Under the pieces are notes generated by a model, which was not told the origin of the DNA, ran no database searches, and saw nothing but the letters and a program-made list of their open reading frames with translations. A stretch of DNA of 64,000 bases, taken from the NCBI RefSeq assembly GCF_006345805.1, contig NC_043006.1, positions 42,284,001-42,348,000 on the forward strand, written 5' to 3'. Of the stretch, positions 41,288 to 53,945 are shown piece by piece; positions within the stretch are counted from its first letter, which is position 1, and the number at the start of each line of letters is the position of its first letter. The translations under genes were made by a program, and so were the position numbers. The DNA comes from Octopus sinensis. Taxonomy: Eukaryota.

Positions 41288-41955
41288 TAGTCTTATTTTT
41301 ATAACGTGCTTTCACTTCACTACCGAGCGCAGCTCTCTATACCTTGGGTATGTGCTGTGGTTTGCTGTGATGCTCTTATGGTTACTGTATTGAAAGTGTT
41401 TTGTGTAGGATGTGTGCATTTTCTGTATGTTATATATATTTGTTAGTCCTGGTGTTTTTTTTTATGTATTAGTCTGAATTTTTTTTATCATACCTAATGC
41501 GCCTACTATGATAGGAATTGTTTCTGTGTTTAGCTTCAACATTCGAGTTACCTCTATTTCCAGGTCTTTGTATTTTGAAAGTTTCTCCACTTCGTTTAGA
41601 GAAACGTTGCCATCTGTTGGTATTGATACATCAATTAGAAAGCATTTTTTTCTTCATAATCTCTGACAACTATATCTGGCCTATTGTCCTTAATTTCTCT
41701 ATCTGTGTGTATTGGCATATCCCATAGTATTGTTGCTTTCTCATTTTCTGTAACCTTTTCTGGCGTGTTCCAATACCATCTTTTTTCTGTTGTTATTCCA
41801 TAGTGTTGGCATAGCTTCCAGTGTATGTAGGTTCCAACTCTGTCGTGCCTGTGAATATATTCCTTCTTAGCAAGGACTGGGCAGCTAGAGACAATATGAT
41901 TTATTGTTTCTTGTCCATCTCCACATATTCTGAAGTTACAAGTTACGTTTCTTTC

Positions 41956-41957
<2 letters not shown>
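41284..41957 (-). mobile_element. R4/Dong-clade non-LTR retrotransposon 3' fragment (CCHC knuckle plus restriction-like endonuclease)
   Basis: FRICGDGQETINHIVSSC...YIHRHD...ILWDMPIHTD...NRPDIVV. Flanked on both sides by (ATT)n, the known target type of Dong/R4 elements. Confidence 0.88.
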
Positions 41958-42019
<62 letters not shown>

Positions 42020-43474
42020 GTTATGAAGAAGAAGAATTAACTGAAGCAATAGTATAGCGAATGTAACGCCGAGAAGTAATTAGTTTCGTCTCTCTACGTT
42101 CCGAGTTCAAAGGGTTGTCTTTGCCTTTCATCCATCCTGGGTCTTTAAAATAAATACCGGTCTGAGGTCATTTTAATCAACCAATTCTTTCATACATTTT
42201 TTTTTTTTTTTTTAAATCTTGTTGCAATGTAAGAAATTAATATTATTGGCTGATGATGATGTTTTATTCGTGTTTTGGGGTTCCGCAATAATTTCATAGT
42301 CGTTAGATGCGTTTTCTGTTCTGTTATATTGAGTGATTCTAATAAAGCACATGTTGGTGAATTCAGCGTTTTATTTGTAGCTTTCCTTCACAAGGCAATC
42401 AAAGAAATGTTGATTTCTATGTCGGCTATTACTGGGATGTGAGTGCCATTTGCTTAGTGGCGCATGACGGTGAATGAAAATGAAAAACTTTTATCGTAGC
42501 AAGGATCTCGGTAACGGCGGCGATATAAGGCGCAAGCAACCGTGTACAAAGAAATTCGATGTTTATGACATTCATTTGAAAATTAATTACAACAACAAAA
42601 GCTGTATTAGCGGAGATAATAACAACAATAAGAAGTATTATAAGAAAACAACAAGAATTTACAAATACAGTAACAGGGAACGTAAAAACACTAACGCACA
42701 GCAAAACGAAATCTTAAACAGATTTGCAGCCAAAAAAACTTCAGAAAACTAGCAGCAGTATTATCGACATCAGCAATGGTAGCAGCGGTTACAGCAGTAG
42801 CAAAAGTAATTGCGACCCCGATGACAAAAATAACAATTTCATCAACCTTATACGTTTGTAGATCAGAACTTGCAAAAGTGAAAAATGAGAGGTTGACGGA
42901 AGCAAGTCATGAACAGTAGTAAACTTATTTTGTTTTCCCCAACACCTTGCGGGGGAAAATTCAAATTCCTTTTAGGTAAGTTGTTTGAAAGGAAGTCTAT
43001 CATCGTTGCTTTTGAACACAACTATAAACCCTAGAGATCTATTACAAACAAAGGAGCATATCTAAAATTGCGACTGAAACGCATTTGATTATATGTCTTT
43101 TTAATCAAATCCAGCCTCGGGCTAAACAACCACAAGAAACAACTTCAACAGCTAAACCCCATTTATAATTAACAAGAAAATCAATAAGCCACAAGGGGAA
43201 TAAAAGATCTTAGCTGACGTTACAGCAATTTCTTAATCTGTTCGGATAGTCGTAGTAAAATGAACGGTGAAAAGAACGTGATAGCATTGAAAAGCAGGGG
43301 CTTTCTTTAACATCCCTGCGAGTAATAAATAAAGAACTGCAACGTATTAAAGGAACTCCTTTTGAGCACGATTGGTATCACAGAATCCTAATTGCCAAAT
43401 ACTGAAGCAACGCTTGGTTATAAAATCTGGAGGCGTAAGAATGGACAAGTATGAGAACATTAACTTTTATCGGT

Positions 43475-43690
43475 TACTGATTTCAATCCTTGGACTGCGG
43501 CCATGCTGGAATACTGCTTTGAACAGCCTTGAACGGTTTTTAATCAAACAGGTCGACATCTACTCTTTGTTCATTTTCTTTTCTTTTTTTTAAGCCTGTA
43601 ACTTATTCTATCGTTTTCTTTTACCAAACTGCTAAGTTACGGGAGTGTAATCAAATCACTACAGCTATCAAGCGATGGGTGAAAGCAGAC
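43475..43690 (-). mobile_element. SINE family B 3' half, decayed
   Basis: TTGGACTGCGGCCATGCTGGA...CTTATTCTATCG...GCTAAGTTACGGG. Confidence 0.65.
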
Positions 43691-43740
43691 AACCACTTCA
43701 CAAAGACACCAAACGCACGCATATATATATATGTATGTAT

Positions 43741-43786
<46 letters not shown>

Positions 43787-43795
43787 TATAATATA

Positions 43796-43826
<31 letters not shown>

Positions 43827-43849
43827 ATATAATATATATATATATACAT

Positions 43850-44215
43850 ATGGAACAAAAATGTAATAGAGGACAATAAAACATCCGGACGGATAGACGA
43901 TACAAAGGCGGACAGGAAAAACAACAATTAGGGAAAAGGGGCGGATCATTCGTGGCCTTCTTTCGTCAGTCGAGTTACCAGATGTCCTTACAGTTTCGGG
44001 CAGTTACACTTGAGACTGTTCGATCTGGTTCCCTCCAAATAAAAGTCTAAGCTAAGAGCATCACATTTTTTGTAAGAAAGCTAGCGAATGTATACGACAA
44101 AAAATGGAAAACTTGGTACACAATTAAAAGTACAAACAACAATAATATAACGACAGGTGTCTATCGACTGAGCTGGCGTATATAAAGTGAAAGTCTTAAA
44201 GCAAGAACATAGATG
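43850..44215 (-). mobile_element. (TA)n-embedded repeat carrying a candidate permuted hammerhead (43955-44020)
   Basis: Minus strand ACAGUC-UCAAGU...GCCC-GAAA-CUGU...ACUCGA-CUGACGA. Confidence 0.55.
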
Positions 44216-44279
44216 ATATGTATGTCTGTCTGTCTGTGTATATGTATATATATGTGTGTGTGTGTGTATATATATTATA

Positions 44280-44327
<48 letters not shown>

Positions 44328-44375
44328 CATATATATATATATATAATATATATATGTATATATATATATATACCA

Positions 44376-44650
44376 CGTGACCGACCAGTCTATCAGATGT
44401 TGCTACACATCGCTTTGTTTTAGCCTTCAGATGACGCCACCCCTCTGGCTAAGCGAGCAGGTCAACAAAAGAAAGAGTGAGAGAAAGTTGCGGCGAAAGA
44501 GTACAGCAGGGATCGCCACCACCCCCTGCCAGAGCCTCGTGGAGCTATCGGTGTTTTCGCTCAATAAACACTCACAACGCTTGGTCTGGGAATCGAAACC
44601 GCGATCACATGACCGCGAGTCCCCTGCCCTAACCACTGGACCATTGCGCC
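44376..44650 (-). mobile_element. SINE family C, near full length
   Basis: Minus strand GGCGCAATGGTCCAGTGGTTAGGGCAGGGGACTCGCGGTC...GGTTTCGATTCCC. Confidence 0.85.
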
Positions 44651-44678
44651 ACACACACACACACACACACACACACAC

Positions 44679-44727
<49 letters not shown>

Positions 44728-44734
44728 GTATATA

Positions 44735-44837
<103 letters not shown>

Positions 44838-46871
44838 GTTGATCAAAACAAGAAAGCACAAAAAACACAACAACGCGAACACACAACGTGGAACAAATAT
44901 AGTATTATTGGACGCTCAGGAAAGAAGGAAAGAAGAGCGGTGCTCTTCGTCGGAAACATAGGAGAGGGAAAGATCCAGAGAAGGGAAGACAGAGGAAAAA
45001 TATCGCCAACGGTACACACGAGGTCACATTTTGAAAGATCGGAAGGAAAAGGGTGAAGAAAGATGTTTTCAAAGACAGAAGAGTAGTATTGTCAAAGACA
45101 GCAGAATGGTAGGAGGGGGAAGGTGTGTGTAAGTGTGGATATGTGCGTGGGCGGAGGTCTGCGTGTGCGTGTGTGTTTGTATGTGTGCAATGATGACATG
45201 TGTGTGTATGTGTGTGTGGTTGTAACTGTAAACAAAGGGCTAGTAGTAAGGCTGGCTAGTAGAATAAGGAGTGGTGTTTTTTTTTCCCTGCCACAGGTCA
45301 GTCCTGTTACTTTGAAGTATGTGTGTGTGTGCATATATGTATATGTATCGTGTGTGTGTTTTGTTTGTAGTGTGTGTGTGTGTGTTCGTGTGTGTATGCG
45401 TGGAGTTTGGGTGTGTGTCGAATAACTGTGCTATACTTGGTGTATGTGTGTGTGTGTGTGTGTGTGTAAGCGTATATGGATGTATATGCGTGTATCCGTG
45501 GGGTTGTGAGTTTTGGGTGTGTGCATTGGTGTGCGTGTGTGCGTGCGTATGTGTGCGCATGTTTATGTGTGCGTATGTATGTGTGTGTGTGTCTGTGCAT
45601 ATATGAGTATACGTATGTGTATATGTGTGCGCGCGTGTAGGCATATATTGTGTGTATGTATATGTATCGGTGTGTATGTGAATTTGTGTATGCGTGTGTG
45701 TGGGGGTGGGGTTGTGTGGGCATCAGTGGCGACTCCAAAAATCATTTGGGGCTAGAAATATTGCAGAAAAAACGTGAAATTCTTCGAGCAGGCATGTGTC
45801 TTATGCGAAATCTCTGATGAGCTCGAGTGCTGCTGATGACCTGGAGTCGCCTCTTTGTTCTTCTTTGGTGGATATTGTTAGTGGAGCGGCCATGCTTACA
45901 CTGTAAAGCTAGAAAGAAAAATGGCACGATCAGGCTCAAACTTCGATCACGTGACCACAATAGTACCGACTATGAGCACGCATGCGCAGAAGGCAGTGTG
46001 ACAATAATAAAGATATGTTATAGCGAAAGTGCAGATAATTTTTGACTTTCTCTTGTATTTAACTGGTCAAATTTCTCGGCGCGATACGCATATTCCCCCA
46101 TTCCAGATACTCCGACTTTTTCTTACCGCTTTGATCATAAGCGTGGACAGTGTGAGATTTATTATTCTTTCACCAACATTCCTTTTATGGCCAACCTGTC
46201 TTCTACTTCAAGTGTACTGTTACATAACTGACTTCCAAATAGTTTTCCGCTTTACGTTGAAGGGTATGTATTTGGCTGCAATTTCTAGTCTGGTGTTACC
46301 CACATTTTGCACTGTATGCAGTAAGGTGATATTTGCATCGCAATTTGTCTTGATAGAACAAAATCGTTATATACATAAGATGAAAGAGATGGTACTGAAG
46401 ACAACAAATAACCAGTAAAAACATCAGGAAGTATACAGTTTTTTTTTTTGTTTTTTTATGTTTTTATTGATCGCAGTTTTAAGATGCGCACAGCTTCAAG
46501 CAAAACGTGCTTCTGAAATGATTAGTTCATCGGATAGTGGCAGATTTAGTTAGTAATATTAGGAATATACTTAGCAGGCATTGATGTGATTCTGCAAGAG
46601 TATATCTATGGAAGACAATAGTGTTGAGAAATAATCCAGCTGACATTATACAGGAAAATAGTCTTGCAAAAATATTAGTGAGACCCAGAGAAGTGAAGAG
46701 AATAGGAATATATGGCAGAGCTACTGTCAGAGTTATATTCTAAGCATTTCTGTACGCAAGATCGAAAGCTGTCCACTGGATCCGGAAAGTGGGAGTATAA
46801 CGTGATTCCAACGTAATGACATGATGTTTTATTAAACCAGAACGATAATGCAATGACCAGCCTAGGTTAGT

Positions 46872-47357
46872 TACCATAAATCCTCGAGTATAGTCCGCCC
46901 TTGAGTATAATACGCAGGGGATTTTTAGGTGGCTGTACCTCTGAAAAGACTAAACCTTGTGTATAATACGCACCCCTTCTCTAACTTGAGTCAAGGAGGT
47001 CTATATAACGTCCTTGGTTTGTAAAACTGTACACGGTAACGTCCTTTATTATTATTGTATATATATAACATAATACAAACGTGTAGTTTTTTGTGCATTT
47101 TGTTTGCAGAAAATAAAGAAATAACAGTTTAATAAATGTTGCTTACTGCAAGTTATGGATGATTCTTTTATGACTTCATTGCTTTCAGGCTTAGCTTAGG
47201 GTATTTCGCGCCCGACATCACAAAATGCGTCGGAATAAACATTGCCGGACAGCAAATAGAGACTCGGACATTGCTTAGAAAATAATTTTCATGTTTAACC
47301 TTTAAATTTTGGGGAAAGGGGAAAAATTTTGCGGATTATACACGAGGATTTACGGTA
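46872..47357. mobile_element. Non-autonomous pogo/Tigger-type element (MITE)
   Basis: TIRs TA-CCATAAATCCTCGAGTATA / TATACACGAGGATTTACGG-TA with TA TSD. Confidence 0.8.
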
Positions 47358-48203
47358 TGTGGAAATTTCCGGATTATTTCGAGATAAACGCAGAATGACA
47401 GAGGTGTTCGCTAAAATATGTGGTTCTCAAACTAACACCAACCAATACATACACAGGCATATACACACACACACACACACACAAGCATACACACCACACA
47501 TGCATATATTATTGGACTTCTTTGCCCCCCCCCCCTCACAACCCATCTTTGTTAATGAGAAAACAAAATTGAATTTGCATCAATATAATTCTTGTATCTT
47601 CATCACAGTGCTGGATAACTTTAATACTTTAAGACTATCTGAATTTTTCTAAATGTGGTACGAGTATCGGTGTGTAGTTAAGAAACCTGCTTTTAACCGT
47701 GCGGTTTCGAGCTCAGCATTTTCCACTACTGCCCTGGGCCGAACAATGCCTTGTGAGTTAATTTTAACAATCCTTTCTAGTATAGGTACAACGCTTGAAA
47801 TTTGGGAGTAGGAGACTAGTCGATTACATCGACCCCAGTGTTTCACTGGTACTTAATTTATCGACCCAGAAAGGATGAACGGTGAAGTCGACCTCGGTGG
47901 AATTTGAACTCAGAACGTAGCCATGGGCGAAATATCGCTAAGCATTTCGTCCTGCGTGCTAGCAATTCTGCCAGCTCGCCGCCTTCGAGTTGATTTTAAT
48001 AATAGAAGGAAAGATTAGAGACACTGTTCGACATGGTGGCCATCGATATCCCCGCACAGCAATCATAGAACAGCATTTCAAAACAGAAATTGGTGCATTT
48101 TCAGTATTAGTCTATTTTCAGTATTAGTCAAATTTTGGTACTAACCCAGCAAGTTCAGGGCAGGGGTTAAGCCGAATACATCGACCTCAGTGCTCAACTG
48201 GTA

Positions 48204-48342
48204 TTTATTTACATTCCCCGGATATTTGTCCTCATCTTGTTTGTTGTTAACACAACGATTCGTCTGATATACCCTCCAGCCTTCTTCGGGTGTCTTGGGG
48301 AAATTTCGAACCTGGGTTCTCATTCCTATGGCATTTTTCGAT

Positions 48343-48374
<32 letters not shown>

Positions 48375-48505
48375 CATTTAGATCACTGTCTGGAATCGAA
48401 CTCGGAAACCACTACGCCATATGTCCACGGGCATATGGCGTAATGGTTAAGAGCGCGGGCTACTAACCCCAAGATTCCGAGTTCGATTCTAAGCAGTGAC
48501 AGAAC

Positions 48506-48561
<56 letters not shown>

Positions 48562-48762
48562 TAATAATAATAATAATAACAACAACAGCAAAATCGAAAA
48601 ATACCTTAGGAATGAGAACCCAGGTTCGAAATTTCCCCAAGACACCTGAAGAAGGCTGGAAGGTATATCAGCCGAAACGTTGTGTTAACAACAAAGAAGA
48701 TGAGGACAAATATCCGTCAAATGTAAATAATGTACATAATTCCTCATCTCTTAAATATAGAC
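48204..48762. mobile_element. Head-to-head palindromic tRNA-headed, hammerhead-bearing retroelement nested in a family A SINE
   Basis: Centre CCATATGTCC-AC-GGGCATATGG. Right arm: A box TGGCGTAATGG, B box GAGTTCGATTC, (AAT)n, hammerhead, tail. The left arm is the inverted, internally deleted copy. The host SINE resumes after CTAGTA (cf. CTGGTA before the insertion). Confidence 0.8.
48641..48686 (+). ncRNA. Minimal type I hammerhead ribozyme (predicted)
   Basis: GACAC-CUGAAGA-A-GGCUG-(10 nt)-CAGCC-GAAAC-GUU^GUGUU. 5-bp stems I and II and a loopless palindromic stem III as in Penelope-type minimal HHRs. Confidence 0.8.
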
Positions 48763-49566
48763 CTAGTACTTAATTTATCGACCCCAAAAGGATGAAAGAC
48801 GCTGCCGACCTCAGGCGGAATTTGGACTCAGAACGCAAAAAACGGCCGAAATGCCGCCAAGCATTTTGCCCGGTGCAGTAGCGATTCTGTCAGCTCGCTG
48901 CTTTGCAGTATTATATTATTAGCGTCATTACAACTCCAGGCAATGTAGGTGAACTCAAATTGTCCAAAGTTGTAATTCTTATTTGGTAGACTTGAAATTT
49001 GATTAAGCCTCAAGCTAGATCACTAGATCTAACCTTTCTGGAGATCTTTATCTCCAAAAAGGCTAGATCTAGTGATTTAGCTGGCCTGTTACTCTGGTCT
49101 GCAGTCCATTGATTTGGAAACCGTTCGTGCTGGTAGTTCTGAACAATTGCGGTTATCGTTACATAAAATGTGCCTTCATGTGCTGAGAGGAATTCTGGAG
49201 AACTACTTATCTTTTTCTGTAATTAAACAAGGCTCAAAGAATTGCTTCAAAACGTCGGAAGTTGATTACATCGACCATGGCGTGTCACTGGTGCTAAACT
49301 TATCGAGCCCGAAAGGATGAAAGGCAAAGTCGGCCTCGACGAAATTTTAACTCAGAACGTAGTGACGAAAGAAATACCGCTAAACATTTTGCCCGACGTG
49401 CTAACGAGTCTGCCAGCTCACAGGGCCAGCAATTTTGGGGGAGGAGCAACGTTTCTGCCAGCTCGCCGCCTTAATAATAAAAAATAGACCTTTCTCCTAC
49501 TATAGGCACAAGGCTTGAAATTTTCGGGGAGGCGGTAGTCGATTAGATCGACCCCAGTACGCATCT

Positions 49567-49734
49567 AGGCACGTAGCTACAGGCTCAGCACCCCCAGTTA
49601 GAATCTCAGCCCTTACACCCCCAGTATGGAGAATTTGTTTTATCCACTTTTGAAATAAAATACATTGTCGACGACACCTTGCTCATAAGCAATATCTGAA
49701 GTCGCTAAAGATGCAATAAATTGAATTTCTTTTG

Positions 49735-49809
<75 letters not shown>

Positions 49810-50510
49810 AAACATTCAAACACTGAGGTTGAAATCAGCAGATGTCACTACTGTTCACATCATCTGTTGATAAATTTTAAAATTGAAGATATCACCAGCA
49901 GTGACATATGTGGGACGCAGGCGCAATAGCATTAAATAGCTATGAATTATAAATTTGTATGAAGCGTTAAGATGCTTAAACAAGCATCCACTTGCTAGAA
50001 ATAAGAGCTAAAGTCTTAAATTTATCCACCGTACCGCACCGAGATAACAAAAAAAAGCAGTATGCGAGGAAAACAGAAAGGATTAAAACATTTAACAACA
50101 CAAATAAAAATATTATATATATATATATACCATGTTTGACGGTGAAACTCGAAGCAGATAAAGCTATAAATAATTGCGCGTAAATACTGAGTTTTAAAAA
50201 AAGCAAAAACAGATGGTAAAAGCTGAAGGCTGTCCGTACGACTCGAACCCACATCTTCTGTAAACAGGACAAACGTTCTATCATTGTATATGGTATTGGG
50301 TAGCATTGTTTTGATGCTCACTATAAACCTACTTTAGAAATAGAGTAGAAACTATTTTAATTATTTGTAAGAAACAGGAATTCAACGCTTAAGAAGGAAG
50401 TCAAATTTAGTTACTTCCTCCTTTTTATCTTTCTGTCGTTTGTCTTTCACTTTTACCTCTTTGACCGATTGCAACTGGGGGTGCTATCTTGATAGCTGGG
50501 GATGCTGAAC
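49567..50510. mobile_element. Non-autonomous DNA-transposon-like element (left end also at 54428-54590 and 55129-55305)
   Basis: GGCACGTAGCTAC...AGCACCCCCAGTT end seen three times. Inverted AACTGGGGGTGCT at about 50473-50485. Confidence 0.55.
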
Positions 50511-51009
50511 AGGGCTTCGTACAAAAGCCTTATATTTTTCGGTTATTTTTTCGGGATTTTTTTTTTTTTTTTTTTTTTTTTCACATTTCTTGACGTTGTA
50601 ACCTGGTCAAAACTTCTGATGTATTTCAATTTTATTTTCATTTTACTTGTTGCAATCATTAAAATTTATGTATTTTAAAACTAAACTCGAAAGAGATTTC
50701 GGTTCAAACAATTTTTTTTCAATTTCTTCAAAGTTTTGCTTTTTTTAGTTAAACACAAAATAATTTCAGTATAAACGTTGTTCAAAGAGTAAGAAAAGAT
50801 TATTCAGTGAAAGTTCTCACATGAAAAATACTTACTGAATGTATATTTTGAGAAATTTCAAAAATTTTCTTTCCTTTTTCTCGAATAATAATCCTCTCTG
50901 ACTAGTAGAAATAAAATGACTTTTTAATGTCCGTCTCTGTTCGTATATATACGTGTATAGTGATGCGTTTACTACCATAAATCTCTAACGACAGCAACAA
51001 TTCTTCACA

Positions 51010-52430
51010 TAGGGGAAAACGGGGCAAGTTGACTACAGGAGCAAGTTGACACCTTTTCTCTAGAGAAAATGCGAAACTACTTTCGGACGATTTAATGACA
51101 TCATAGTAGAGCTTCGTTTTGCTTTCACTGTTGGATTATGCAATGAGCTAAATTGCTTTTTTTTATCTCCCTCTCTCTCTCTCTCTTTACAGACCTAAAT
51201 CTATAATTGTCAGGGTGCAACACTACAAACGCAAAAGTGAGAGGGTAACCCTTCCACAGGATGTAATCCAACAGGCTATTCAACAGGTCCGAGCTCGTGT
51301 CATCTCCTTGCGGGAAGCCTCGAGGACATTTGGCATCCCTTTAAAATATCTGTCTCGCTGCTGCACCAAGGCCGTTGAAGCAAACAACAACGATCACAGT
51401 CTTAGTGGATACAAAAAGCCACGGCAAGTTCTCACCGACGAGTTCGAGAATCAGTTGGAGGCTTATGTTTTAGTTGCCACAGAAATTTACTATGGGCTTG
51501 CTCCAAAGGATGTGCGGTAATTGGCTTTTCAGATAGCAAAGGTACATGGATGTAATATCCCTCCAACCTGTCATGGGACAGAAATGGCAGGTGAAGACTG
51601 GTTCTCTGGATATCTTCAACGACACATGAATTTATCCATAAGAAGTCCACAGGCAACAAGCTTGGCACGAGCAACAAGTTTCAACAAGACCAATGTTGCT
51701 ATGTTTTTCAACCAACTTGCTGAGGTGATGCTTCGGTATAAATTTGATCCATTCAATATCTACATGGATGATACTGGCATAACAACCGTTATTGCCAGAA
51801 AAGGAACAAAGCAAGTGGGGAAAATGACAAGTGCGGAGAGGGGAACTCTGGTCAGATTGGCATGCTGTGTAAATGCCGCTGGAAACAGCATACCTCGTTT
51901 TTTTTTATTTTTCCCATGAATAACTTTATGTCATTTTTCCTGAACAATGGACCATCAGGCAGCGATGGAGGTGCTAATCCATCTGGTTGGATGTGTGAAG
52001 AGCAGTTTGTGAAATTCCTTCAACACTTTGTGAGGAATGTGAAATGTTCAAAGCATTGCTGGACAATCACGATTCCCACCTTAGTATCAAGGGGCTGACT
52101 TATGCATCAGACAATGGCATCACCATGCTTTCTTTCCCACCTCACTGCACACACAGGTTACAGCCGTTGGACATAGCGGTCTATGGACCACTGAAGAAGT
52201 ACACAAACACTGCCATTGATGACTGGGATATCAACCATCCTGGCCAGACCATGACCGTTTATGACATTCCGTGTATTGTCAAAACTACATGGCCATTGAC
52301 TGCAACTCCGACGAACATTCTTAATGGCTTTTCTTCTACAGGAATATGCCCTTTCAATCGCAACATTTTCACAGACAACGACTTTGCACCAAGCTATGTC
52401 ACTGACCGACCGAATCCTGCACTTTCAGCA
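51010..52430 (+). mobile_element. pogo/Tigger-like transposase pseudogene, 3'-truncated by a SINE
   Basis: Terminus TA-GGGGAAAACGGGGCAAGTTGAC. Pipsqueak-type HTH (ISLREASRTFGIP), CENP-B HTH (AGEDWFSGYLQRH) and DDE_1 motifs (YMDDTG, LLDNHDSH, FPPHCTHRLQPLDIAVYGPLK), broken by a stop and frameshifts. Confidence 0.92.
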
Positions 52431-53629
52431 CCTGGGCAAAATGCTTAGCGGTATTTCGCTCGTCACTATGTTCTGAGTTCAAATTTCGCCGCGGCCGACT
52501 TTGCCTTTCATCCTTTCGGGGTCAATAAATTTAGCACCAGTGACACGCCTGGATCGATGTAATCAACTTTCAGGCCTTGTGCCTTTTGTAGAAAAGATTA
52601 TTCTTTATTATTAGTCATTGAAAAGACTGCAAGTAGCAACGAAAGAGTTTTGACAAACAAAAGCAAGACAAATTAGTTGGATATTTAACCAATTGGCAAA
52701 TAATAAAGAACAGGAGTGGAATTAAATCTTGCGAACCAGATACAAAAACGAAATTCCACGATTGTTTGCTTCAAGCTTCTGTAATAAAGGTTAAATGGTT
52801 CATCATTTATGGAAAGTAAATGACATTATTAAACATGCGGGCTTGAATGAACGAATGAAATTAATTTGGAGAAGCTTTATGTCCCTTTATTATGAAGTTA
52901 TGTCCCTTGGATGAATGACAATCGATAGTTTTTTGGGGTTTTTTTTTTTTTCATTGAGAAATATATACTGATAATATAAAAGGCTATTAAATGCTTGCAT
53001 TTTAGTCTAACCGAAACCTACAGATAAAAAGGGTACATATATAGTTCTCTTTTATATGTACTCGCTCATGATCTTCGCAGTTTATTTCTTTTAATAGGCA
53101 AATAATTATTGTATATTGCAGAGTTGTTCCCCTTATAAAACATGTTCCCAGCAGTTAGATCTGTGAAAAATAAAATGTTGTGTTTTCTACTACTATAACA
53201 TAATGAGAAAGCACTGCGAGTGAGAAATGTCAGACTTGGTGTACTTCCCCCACCCCGCCAAACAATGCCCCAGGATTCTGGTTACTAGTGACAAAATAAT
53301 GTTCGTAATGCTGATTAAAACGTGCTTATCGACACCTCATCGGCTGAGCGCTGGAGGTTAATTTGGTGCGTTACACGAGTCTCTGGGTTTCAATTAGAGA
53401 TCAGCATAACAATGACCAAGATCATGGCAACCAACAGACACCCCAGATAGCTTACCATGCGATTACAAGTGGTTGTCAGGCTTGGGCAGATTGCCAACTT
53501 GAACTGCCCGAGCAAACACCGGGTGCGGAATTGGTGCAAGAAGCTCTTGGGCACTCGATACGGTATGGAAGCAAAAGCATCAAGCAGAATCTCTTTTAAA
53601 AACCCCTTTGTCGATCCAGTAGTGTTGTA

Positions 53630-53945
53630 TTAGTGTGAAGCATGGACCTAGGGTAGCTGACATCAAGTGACTGGGGAAGTTTGAGATGATGTGCTACCGG
53701 CGATCGTTGTGGATCAGTTGGACGATTCAATTCTAAAGTAGACAAAAAGCTGGCGACGATGCTCTGGTGATAGACACTGCAATATTCATTGTAACCACGT
53801 TACAAGAACTCAGAAGTCATATGACTGAGTTCGTAGATTACAAAAATTAATATGGAGCGATTGTGTCGAGGACAGGATAATGATGACCCACGTGGAGCGA
53901 GCAGCTGCTGCTGGCGACCGCTGCGTTTGGCGAGGAGTTATTGAA
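53630..53945 (+). mobile_element. RTE-clade LINE relic
   Basis: CEAWT...KFEMMCYRRSLWISWT motif. Confidence 0.65.

Noticed and set aside
44930-44960. Half hammerhead (minus strand CCGACGA-A-GAGC...GCUC)
   Set aside because: The GAAA and cleavage strands are absent in this copy, so it cannot be supported from the window.
45805-45850. GAAA...CTGATGA...CTGATGA as a hammerhead or C/D snoRNA
   Set aside because: No complementary stems I or III could be found. It lies inside a small GGCGACTCCA/TGGAGTCGCC inverted-repeat element.
46029-46418. 129-aa ORF with CTVC
   Set aside because: A lone CxxC with no recognisable domain and no splice support.
48429-48498. Functional tRNA gene (apparent ACT anticodon)
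   Set aside because: The acceptor stem does not pair and there is no oligo-T terminator. It is the head of a repeat. The same applies to the SINE B and C heads and to the tRNA-like patch at about 50225-50292 (-).
51215-52448. Domesticated pogo/CENP-B-like host gene
   Set aside because: In-frame stop, two frameshifts, a retained transposon terminus and truncation by a SINE.
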